From NCBI GenBank assembly GCA_002269645.1, contig NIVC01001977.1:1-64000 (forward strand): a stretch of 64,000 nucleotides of DNA, given 5' to 3'. Shown here piece by piece: positions 42,001 through 50,488 of this stretch. A program made the translations under genes and the position numbers. The first letter of the stretch is position 1. Every line of letters begins with the position of its first letter. The notes under the pieces are model-generated. The model was given only the letters and a program-made list of their open reading frames with translations. It was not told the origin of the DNA and ran no database searches. The DNA is from Macrostomum lignano (Eukaryota).

Positions 42001-43987
42001 GGAAGCAGAATAACACGCCGTGAGCGTATTTTCGAACGCCTGTGCATGCGCGAGACTGCTTGGTGTAGTTATTAGAAGGCAACTGCGCCTCTAGCTTAAA
42101 CCGTGTCTATTTGTCTAAAGAAACTGACTGCGTGCAAAATACAAGTGCGCGGAAGCAGAATAACACGCCGTGAGCGTATTTTCGAACGCCTGTGCATGCG
42201 CGAGACTGCTTGGTGTAGTTATTAGAAGGCAACTGCGCCTCTAGCTTAAACCGTGTCTATTTGTCTAAAGAAACTGACTGCGTGCAAAATACAAGTGCAC
42301 GGAAGCAGAATAACACGCCGTGAGCGTATTTTCGAACGCCTGTGCATGCGCGAGACTGCTTGGTGTAGTTATTAGAAGGCAACTGCGCCTCTAGCTTAAA
42401 CCGTGTCTATTTGTCTAAAGAAACTGACTGCGTGCAAAATACAAGTGCGCGGAAGCAGAATAACACGCCGTGAGCGTATTTTCGAACGCCTGTGCATGCG
42501 CGAGACTGCTTGGTGTAGTTATTAGAAGGCAACTGCGCCTCTAGCTTAAACCGTGTCTATTTGTCTAAAGAAACTGACTGCGTGCAAAATACAAGTGCAC
42601 GGAAGCAGAATAACACGCCGTGAGCGTATTTTCGAACGCCTGTGCATGCGCGAGACTGCTTGGTGTAGTTATTAGAAGGCAACTGCGCCTCTAGCTTAAA
42701 CCGTGTCTATTTGTCTAAAGAAACTGACTGCGTGCAAAATACAAGTGCACGGAAGCAGAATAACACGCCGTGAGCGTATTTTCGAACGCCTGTGCATGCG
42801 CGAGACTGCTTGGTGTAGTTATTAGAAGGCAACTGCGCCTCTAGCTTAAACCGTGTCTATTTGTCTAAAGAAACTGACTGCGTGCAAAATACAAGTGCAC
42901 GGAAGCAGAATAACACGCCGTGAGCGTATTTTCGAACGCCTGTGCATGCGCGAGACTGCTTGGTGTAGTTATTAGAAGGCAACTGCGCCTCTAGCTTAAA
43001 CCGTGTCTATTTGTCTAAAGAAACTGACTGCGTGCAAAATACAAGTGCGCGGAAGCAGAATAACACGCCGTGAGCGTATTTTCGAACGCCTGTGCATGCG
43101 CGAGACTGCTTGGTGTAGTTATTAGAAGGCAACTGCGCCTCTAGCTTAAACCGTGTCTATTTGTCTAAAGAAACTGACTGCGTGCAAAATACAAGTGCAC
43201 GGAAGCAGAATAACACGCCGTGAGCGTATTTTCGAACGCCTGTGCATGCGCGAGACTGCTTGGTGTAGTTATTAGAAGGCAACTGCGCCTCTAGCTTAAA
43301 CCGTGTCTATTTGTCTAAAGAAACTGACTGCGTGCAAAATACAAGTGCGCGGAAGCAGAATAACACGCCGTGAGCGTATTTTCGAACGCCTGTGCATGCG
43401 CGAGACTGCTTGGTGTAGTTATTAGAAGGCAACTGCGCCTCTAGCTTAAACCGTGTCTATTTGTCTAAAGAAACTGACTGCGTGCAAAATACAAGTGCGC
43501 GGAAGCAGAATAACACGCCGTGAGCGTATTTTCGAACGCCTGTGCATGCGCGAGACTGCTTGGTGTAGTTATTAGAAGGCAACTGCGCCTCTAGCTTAAA
43601 CCGTGTCTATTTGTCTAAAGAAACTGACTGCGTGCAAAATACAAGTGCGGAAGCAGAATAACACGCCGTGAGCGTATTATTTTCGAACGCCTGTGCATGC
43701 GCGAGACTGCTTGGTGTAGTTATTAGAAGGCTTCTAGCTTTCCGTGTCTTTTTCTAAAGAAACTGACTGCGTGCAAAATACAAGTGCGGAAGCAGAATAA
43801 CACGCCGTAGCTCGATTTTCGAGCCTGTGCATCGCGCTGCTTTTAGTTTTAGTGCGTCTAGCTTCATGTCTTTTTCTAAAGAAACTGACTGCTGCAAATC
43901 AAGTGTAGTAACAAGCTACTTTTCGACTTGCTGCCCTCTTGCTGTATTATCCGCGCTCTGCTTCTTTCCTGTTTCTGCTCTAAAAAA
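1..43987. repeat. Tandem satellite array (left), 150-bp monomer, about 290 copies; truncated by window start
   Basis: Seen: monomer acgccgtgagcgtattttcgaacgcctgtgcatgcgcgagactgcttggtgtagttattagaaggcaactgcgcctctagctt(c/a)aaccgtgtctatttgtctaaagaaactgactgcgtgcaaaatacaagtg(t/c)acggaagcagaataac repeats with 150-bp period (e.g. 301-450, 451-600). Clean to ~43,670, then progressively degenerate to ~43,987. Confidence 0.99.
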
Positions 43988-44690
43988 TTACGCAGTAGAT
44001 AGATAGGCAACAGTTAGTTAATTAATATTTGAATTGCTATTTCCCTGAAGTGTCTAATTTTACCTTCTGCTAGCAACTTTATAAGTTTGTAACCTCTCTT
44101 ATTTATTGGGTTAAATAGCTCTTTTGACTATTTAACCTTTTACTTTTACTTATATAAAATTATAAAGTAAAATTAGTTTTTGTATATTTGGACCTTATAA
44201 GTCCTTATCAAATCTTACTCAAATATTGTATTGTCTAGAGCTAGGTCTACTTTTTCTTTTGAGGTATAATCAGCTCTGAGCCTTTTATTTATTTTTTCTA
44301 AAATAATTATTATTTAAAGAACTTAACATATAGACAAAAGCTAAATACAAAAAAATAGTAATTTTAAGTATATTACTAAGTACAGCATCCAATTTTTTTT
44401 GCTACTGAACTATAGAAATTAATTATATTATTTATCAAATTGTTGCTGAGCAGCTTCCTCTTTCTTTAAATTAATTAGGTAGGCAAATTAGAAATTATTT
44501 TTGAGACTGTCTCGCACCTCTATTGCTAGCAAAGAATCCAATAACCTACAATTAATTACCAATTTGCTAATAAACTTTTAATTCTACTAAATATTCAAAA
44601 AACACTGTGTACCTGTGCTTTGTGCTGTACACGGAAAAAAATATTTTTAGTAATTTAGTACTATCTTGTAGTTTTAAATTTAAATTAGCA

Positions 44691-47441
44691 ATGTCGAAGC
44701 TACCAACCTACAAAAAAGCAACAAGCATGGCAGAACCGCCAGCAAAAAAGGCAAATAAAAGACTGTCACAAGATCTGCGCGAGTGCACTGAGACTGAACT
44801 AATAATGCCACAGTCCAGACAAGGCCCTGGCCGTACATCTGTGCCACCTGCGCAACGACGGCGTGCCTCTCATGGCTCAACAGCTAAGACAACACCTCCA
44901 ATCGAGCCAAATGTCCTGCAGCCAGGTTCAGATAGTTCATCTGCGGCTGTATTGGCATCAACTATTTCAAACTCACCAATACTTCCAAATCCGGCTGCTA
45001 CCATAGCCCTACCTGAGGTCATTCAGATCCCGGCTGATTCTGACTCTTCGTCATCTAGTGGCTCAGCTACGGTGCTGGAAGGGGCTGGCCTAGCTGGCTC
45101 CGAAGACCCCAGTACCGAAGCACACGCTGAAGGCTCAGAAGCTGGATCTAACAACGAAAGCAATGACAACAGTGAAGAAGAGGTCAACAATGAATACAGG
45201 GTAATACCAATCAGTTTCCCAATGATGCCAGATAAGTCTGGTGTAAACATTCAGCATCATCAGGATGTTGTCCTAGAATATTATCCTAAAATGATTAGTT
45301 CAGTAGCACAAGATCTCTACGACCAACTGGTAACTGACCTGCTGCCTAAGGCCATAAAGCATCGTCCTTATGAGCAGCGCCGGGTCTACTGGTTTGGCCC
45401 ACGCTACTCCTATTCTGGTGTGCCACTTGAGGCAAATAACCAATGGCACCCGGCTGTCGAGGATCTGCGGGACTTTCTCGAGTTTAATACAGATCTTGGC
45501 ATGCCACAGTTCAATAGCTGTCTCGTGAATTTTTACGAGGCTGCAGAAGATCGAATTCCATTTCATGCGGACAACGAACCAGAGCTAGGTACTGACCCGT
45601 ACATCGTGACGGTATCCCTCGGGTCAGTACGCCAGTTCTTGGTCCGCAGAAAAACTGACCAAAGAATTATCGCTCGCTTTGACACAATGCCTGGCTCTGT
45701 CATTGTAATGGCCGGCGCATGTCAGCGAAAATGTGAGCACAGTGTACCGGCTGTTGGCACTCAAGATGGTATACGCATTTCGCTTACCTTTAGAGTGACA
45801 AATCCACTTAGTGCTAATGTGCCGGTGCACGGAGGCCCAACAAGATCGGCAGCAGCTCGCGACGGTCAAGGGCCCGGCAGTAGTGGAACGGGCACCAGTT
45901 CTGCTGCGCTGGGCTCCCGGTCGAGTTTTGCAGCTGGGCAGCCAGGCAGTAGTGGGGCGGCCAGTGCGTCCGGCCCTGCTGCGCCAGGCGGCCCCCAAAG
46001 TCAGCGCGGTCGCGGCGGCTATGCAGGAGCGGGGCGGGGTGGGCCTGGTCGAGGCCAAGGAGGTCACGGCCGGCCTTACGCTGCAGCTGCAACAGCCGAT
46101 GCCAGCAACAACGCAAGCCGCTCTAATGTTGTGCCGGTCATCTTCAATGTAGAAACTGAAGACGGCGACAATCAAATTGAATTTCTGAAATGGTTGGCTC
46201 GAGCCACCTTCACAAAAAAAATGTACCAGGCCAAAGGCTACCTGGTACATCCGGCCACTCCTAGAGACCACCAGATCTTCTTACGTGGGCCTCTGAGGGA
46301 ACCAAACTTCAAGGGTGCGCCGGTCACCAGGCGTCTGCCAAGCCGAAGGCCTGAACAAAGACCTGCAGAGCACCATCAGCCGGTCCAGACCGTACACTCT
46401 TTTGTAGTACGCGGAGTTCCGGTAGACATTGAGGCCCGAGACTTCCTGCGCCATCTCAAGGAGGACGTCGGCCTTAAGGCGATTTCTGCCAGTAAAATAA
46501 CGGCCAAGACAAACAACAAGCCCACTCAGCTTATTCGGGTGTTTGTTGCCAACAAACAGACTGCAGAAGCGTGCATAGCTACCGGAATCATCTCTGACTT
46601 CACCAGCTATGTATGCGAACCGAGTAGGACTGCGGCCCCAGCTCGTGCGGTCCAATGCCAAAACTGCCAGCGTTTTGGCCACGTCTCTAATAAGTGTCAG
46701 GAGACTACCAGATGCCGAATCTGCGCTGGCCAGCATCACTGGCGGGACTGCTCGAGCCAGGACAACGCCCAGTGTGCTAACTGCAGCGAACAGCATCGCG
46801 CCAACAGCAGGACCTGCTCGGTTGCAGTTCAAGCCAATAGTAAAGTTGCCAAGCAAGCTGCTGCACGTGCGGCGGGTGCCCAAGAAGCCAGCGCCGCCCA
46901 GGCTGCGGTGAGAGCACCTCCTGTACCAGCAGCAGTCCATGCCCCAGCAGCAGCAGCAGCAGTGCCCCCCGCCCCCGCACCGAGATCAGCACCGGCAGAA
47001 ACGTTGAGGTCGGCCGACGCCGCAGCGCGGGCGTCAGCGGCGACAGGAGGCGACGACGACTCGTCATGGCTGACCGGCCCCAGCCTCCCTAGCCGAAAGC
47101 GCCCTGCGCGCGAATCGACCGACTCGACGACACAAACATCTGTGCCGAATATGCTACCTAACAATAATACGCCATCGATTGCTAGCGTTGCCGTCAATTC
47201 TGAATACCAAGGACTGGTGAGTGGGCTTCTTCCTCTCCTGGTTCAAGCACTCGCAGAGGTGCTTACGATCCTCTGGCCGAGTACAGCCGAACGGCCGCCT
47301 GCTATGGAAGGCACTGGTCAAACAGTGAACGAAGTAGTAGGTAGGGTTCTGGCCCGTGTACTCCTAGGGGGGTCGGAAAGTCACCAGGGTCTCGGTCAGC
47401 TGCCAGGCGCTCCCCAGCGTCAGGCGGGTGGCCAGACCTAG
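44691..47441 (+). CDS. ORF1 (gag-like nucleic-acid-binding protein) fused to an AlkB-family dioxygenase, 916 aa
   Basis: Seen: uninterrupted frame. First ATG at 44,691 (the track's 44,607 start is GTG in AT-rich sequence). Second ATG at 44,727 has a strong context (agcATGG). Order: low-complexity S/E/N-rich N-terminus, AlkB domain, G/S/RGG linker, RRM-like region (FVVRGVP...LIRVFV), three CCHC knuckles, Ala/Pro-rich tail, C-terminal hydrophobic helix. Confidence 0.93.
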   Translation: MSKLPTYKKATSMAEPPAKKANKRLSQDLRECTETELIMPQSRQGPGRTSVPPAQRRRASHGSTAKTTPPIEPNVLQPGSDSSSAAVLASTISNSPILPNPAATIALPEVIQIPADSDSSSSSGSATVLEGAGLAGSEDPSTEAHAEGSEAGSNNESNDNSEEEVNNEYRVIPISFPMMPDKSGVNIQHHQDVVLEYYPKMISSVAQDLYDQLVTDLLPKAIKHRPYEQRRVYWFGPRYSYSGVPLEANNQWHPAVEDLRDFLEFNTDLGMPQFNSCLVNFYEAAEDRIPFHADNEPELGTDPYIVTVSLGSVRQFLVRRKTDQRIIARFDTMPGSVIVMAGACQRKCEHSVPAVGTQDGIRISLTFRVTNPLSANVPVHGGPTRSAAARDGQGPGSSGTGTSSAALGSRSSFAAGQPGSSGAASASGPAAPGGPQSQRGRGGYAGAGRGGPGRGQGGHGRPYAAAATADASNNASRSNVVPVIFNVETEDGDNQIEFLKWLARATFTKKMYQAKGYLVHPATPRDHQIFLRGPLREPNFKGAPVTRRLPSRRPEQRPAEHHQPVQTVHSFVVRGVPVDIEARDFLRHLKEDVGLKAISASKITAKTNNKPTQLIRVFVANKQTAEACIATGIISDFTSYVCEPSRTAAPARAVQCQNCQRFGHVSNKCQETTRCRICAGQHHWRDCSSQDNAQCANCSEQHRANSRTCSVAVQANSKVAKQAAARAAGAQEASAAQAAVRAPPVPAAVHAPAAAAAVPPAPAPRSAPAETLRSADAAARASAATGGDDDSSWLTGPSLPSRKRPARESTDSTTQTSVPNMLPNNNTPSIASVAVNSEYQGLVSGLLPLLVQALAEVLTILWPSTAERPPAMEGTGQTVNEVVGRVLARVLLGGSESHQGLGQLPGAPQRQAGGQT
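45270..45800 (+). other. AlkB / 2OG-Fe(II) oxygenase domain (ALKBH2/3-like) within ORF1
   Basis: Seen: RRVYWFG-YSYSG-WHP-FNSCLVNFY-FHADNEPELG-IVTVSLGSVRQF-GSVIVMAG-EHSVP-RISLTFR. HxD at 45,564-45,572, distal His at 45,738, 2OG-binding Arg pair at 45,774 and 45,792. Established: HxD...H...RxxxxxR with an upstream NxY is the AlkB-family signature. Confidence 0.93.
46395..46630 (+). other. RRM-like / pre-C2HC region of LINE ORF1
   Basis: Seen: HSFVVRGVPVDIEARDFLRHL...TQLIRVFV...YVCEPSR immediately before the knuckles. This resembles the VVRGVP-type region of Jockey/I ORF1 proteins; recognised from memory, no HMM run. Confidence 0.65.
46656..46817 (+). other. Three CCHC zinc knuckles of ORF1
   Basis: Seen: CQNCQRFGHVSNKC (CX2CX4HX4C), CRICAGQHHWRDC (CX2CX3HX4C), CANCSEQHRANSRTC (CX2CX3HX6C). 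This is the canonical spacing series of Jockey/I/R1 ORF1. Confidence 0.96.
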
Positions 47442-47509
47442 AATGAAATAGTTCATGTACTTTCGGTAAAAACGGGCATGACAGCTCTAACCCCACTGCC
47501 TTAGGGCTT

Positions 47510-48177
47510 AGGATCGCCCATCTAAATTGCAGGGGGATAATACCGAAACTAAAAGAACTCAGGCTCTGGGTCTCAGACCAGAAATTGGATATTGCATTGT
47601 TTTCTGAGACCATCCTGAAAGATACCCAAGCATGCACATTCCCGGGCTATGCTGCTGTGCGGTTCGACCTCCCCAGTGCAAAGCGCGGACTCCTCCTTGT
47701 TCACACCCCACGGGTAAAAGTAGCAGACGTCCAGCTCTCGCGCGACAACGTCAACCACGAGGTACTTACCTGCACGGTCACTCCTGTTGACGGCGCATGT
47801 CCCGTTTTCCAACTTTCCCTGGTCTATCGGTCCCCGTCGCCGGACAACCTTGACACAGGTCTTTTGACTCGGCTGTCCTCGGCAAAGTACTCGCTTATTA
47901 TGGGTGACCTGAACGCCAGGCATAGCTTCTTGGGGGCGAAAGTCGCAACAACAGGGCAGGACAGCAGCTCCATGACTGGCTCTGTGGCGACCCATCAGAA
48001 CGCCCTACCGTCCTCAACCAACCAGGCCAGTTCACCAGAATAGCCCACCGGCAAGGCACTGTGTTGCGGAATGTGCTGGATCTCGGACTAGCCTCCGGTG
48101 ACCTTGTCTCGTACGTGCAAGACTTTGAAGTGGGCTCTGACCTGGACAGTGACCACCTCCCAATTATTCTCACCCTG
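47510..48177 (+). other. Apurinic/apyrimidinic-like (APE) endonuclease domain of ORF2
   Basis: Seen: RIAHLNCRG (in frame upstream of the track start), DIALFSET, VYRSP, IMGDLNARH, VLDLGL, DSDHLPI (48,145-48,165). Established EEP/APE motifs of LINE ORF2. Confidence 0.95.
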
Positions 48178-48879
48178 GCGAGCAACTCCCCAGATTGGCA
48201 AGGGCCGGAGAAGGCTCGAAATTTTGCCAAGACCAACTGGGAGGGGTTCCAGAACTCGCTGATGGAAAAACTGGTAGACGCGTGGCCTCCAGAGCTTAGC
48301 ACTAGGCAGCAAATCGATGCGGAGGTTGATGTCATCACGAACGCGATCCAGAAAACCATCGAAGAAAATGTCCCGATCAGAAAAGGCCGTAGAGCCCTCC
48401 CCCAGAGGATCATTGCCATGATCAAGGAGAGGAGGAAGCTCCGGCGTCTGTATCATAGTACCAGGGACGACAACTTCAGGCTCCTCGCGAATAGGAAGGC
48501 GAAGGAAATTAGGAGCGCCATTCATTCGTTTGAGCAGGGCCAATTTACCCAACTGTGCGAGAAAATAGTTGAAAAAAGTCAATGCCGGAATGTCAAGAAC
48601 TTCTGGCAGGACACAAAAAAATTAATGGGGCGCAACAAGGGCACCACTATTCCGTCCTTGAACGATGGCGCCACTCTCGCACATACTGACTCGGACAAGG
48701 CTGACATGCTTGCGAGAGCTTTAGACGCTAAAATGCGCCCGATCCCCTCGACCGACGGAATCTGAAGAAGCGGGTTGAGCAAACTATGAAGCTCCCCCTC
48801 TTTAAACCTGTCCCACCGGGCGTAGAACCGTATATGGGCCACCCCCTGGAGGCCCCGTTCTCCGTCACAGACACCCTCT

Positions 48880-49851
48880 GGGAGCTGGACCACCTAAAGG
48901 TAGACAGCGCTCCGGGCCTGGACAAAGTGCCTAACTGCGTCCTAAAGCATGGCCTGGAGCCCATAGCGGTTACTCGCATCACGAAACTTTTCAATGATTG
49001 TTATCGTACGGGGATCTTCCCATCGCAGTGGAAAAAAGCGGTGGTGACAATGATTCCCAAACCAGACAAACCGCCTAAATCCCCGGGTTCCTACCGGCCC
49101 ATCAGCCTGACCTCCTGCCTCGGAAAGGTCTTCGAGAAGTTATTGGTGAGGAGGCTGATGAAACATCTTGAGGGCCACGGTATCATCGGTGCGGATCAGT
49201 GCGCCTACAGGAAGGTCCATTCGACCTACGACAATCTTGTCCGCCTCGTCCAGGACGTGCAGGTGGGCAAAGCTAAACTCAAAAGGCTGCTGGCCATCCT
49301 CCTCGACGTACAAGCGGCGTTTGACTCGGTGTGGTACGATTACCTTAGGTTCCGAATGCATGAAGTCGACACGCCGGACGCCCTCGTCAGGATCTGCTCT
49401 GACTATCTAGCAGACAGGCAAATGCAGGTGAAGGTCAACGGGGCGCTCAGCCAGCCGTACGAGTTGCAGGCGGGCGTCCCCCAAGGTGGCATCTTGAGCC
49501 CCTTCCTATACCTGCTTTTTATCAGCACCATTAAGCGAAGCTCGCCGCGACATGGCCAACAAAGACCAAACCTCGACCGTAACTGCAGAAAGCAATGCAA
49601 AGAGTCAGGTCGCCGCCACGAGGCATGGCCATCTGGGCCTCGGCCTGGACTACTTTTGCTGGCCTCAAGACGCTCCTGCAACCCTACCTCGACCGTGTGT
49701 GGAACTGGTGTGGGGGGCAGTCAAGATCAATGCCAGCAAGAGTCAGGTGATCGCGTTTAACTACAAGCCAACTCGTAGGCGCGATCTTCGCCCTAAGCTA
49801 AAACTTGGAGGCACGAGCCTCGAATACCAAGACGAAGTCCGGTTCCTTGGT
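48880..49851 (+). other. Non-LTR reverse transcriptase domain of ORF2
   Basis: Seen: SAPGLD, WKKAVVTMIPK, YRPISLTSCLGKVFEK, QCAYR..ST, LDVQAAFDSVW, GVPQGGILSP (from 49,473), garbled (F)ADDMAIW at ~49,542-49,636, KINASKSQ, RFLG (~49,840-49,851). Confidence 0.95.
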
Positions 49852-50450
49852 ATGAACCTGGACTACAGGCTGACCCTCAATTCGCACATAGCTAGTAGTA
49901 CCCCGGCGCTTGCCCTATCTATCAACCGCATAGCCAAGCTGACCCGGCTAAGCAGTAATACCCTAAAAATGTTATACAGGGTCTATGTTGAGAGTGCGCT
50001 GACCTACGGTGCCCCGGTGCTGAATATCATAGCACCCAGTAACCTCAACAAGCTCCAGAAAATCAAAATTTAGCTCTCAGGATCTGTTATGGTGCCCCTA
50101 GCTACACCCAAGTGGCCTACTTGCATGAGCTGGCGGCCATGCCCATGATGGCGGACAGGATCAGAGCCCTGGGCGTAGGCTGGCTCTCCAAGGTGAAGGC
50201 TACTGGGCACCACGACTTCCACATGGAGCCGGAGCTCCCGAGAGCTGCCCGAAACCGCCCCCCAGTGCTGAACCTGCTTTGGGACAGCCTGAAGAGGAGG
50301 CATGCCAATAGACTAGCAGCTGCGAATGCGGTGGCCCAAGCGGCCCAAAACCCGCCCTAGGCTGACTAGGTACGTTGCCCCTAACCCTGATGCGCCCTGA
50401 GATAGTAGCTACCCCACCTCACTCTGGAGTGAGCCTTCTGTCAGCGCACA

Positions 50451-50488
50451 AATAAATTTTCCAAAACATGAAATAGGCGTAGAATAAA
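50451..50488 (+). terminator. Candidate polyadenylation signals (two AATAAA) in the element 3' UTR
   Basis: Seen: AATAAA at 50,451-50,456 and 50,483-50,488, 90-130 bp after the ORF2 stop. No poly(A) tail follows and hexamers arise by chance, so function is inference. Confidence 0.3.

Larger units (their letters stand above)
47447..50360 (+). pseudogene. ORF2 (APE endonuclease + reverse transcriptase), frameshifted as assembled; roughly 960 aa when reconstructed
   Basis: Seen: track fragments 47585-48043, 48061-48765, 48786-49760, 49552-50073 and 50112-50360 join into one pol protein through frame changes at ~47,940, ~48,750, ~49,540-49,625, ~49,710 and ~50,064. No substitution-type stop on the reconstructed path. 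May be an intact gene with consensus errors. Confidence 0.88.

Noticed and set aside
44607-44690. Track start of ORF1 at 44,607
   Set aside because: It is a GTG codon in AT-rich leader giving a low-information peptide. In a eukaryotic element the ATG at 44,691 or 44,727 is more plausible.
45270-45800. Ordinary host ALKBH2/3 gene next to a transposon
   Set aside because: Intronless and in the same uninterrupted frame as the LINE knuckles, with no stop or splice break between them.
47501-47512. Telomere-like ttagggcttagg (and cctaaccct at ~50,380)
   Set aside because: Only one or two units; the first lies in the APE coding frame (LGLR). Not a telomeric tract or evidence of telomere targeting.
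44680-50308. Many antisense and alternate-frame ORFs overlapping ORF1/ORF2 (e.g. 45624-46271, 46281-46940, 47898-48425, 45811-46152, 46609-46911)
   Set aside because: Expected shadows of GC-rich, stop-poor coding sequence; no recognisable motifs, while the main frames carry all the domain signatures.
50064-50360. RNase H or C-terminal CCHC domain in ORF2
   Set aside because: Only ~98 aa follow the last frame break, with no D-E-D-D RNase H pattern or CCHC motif.
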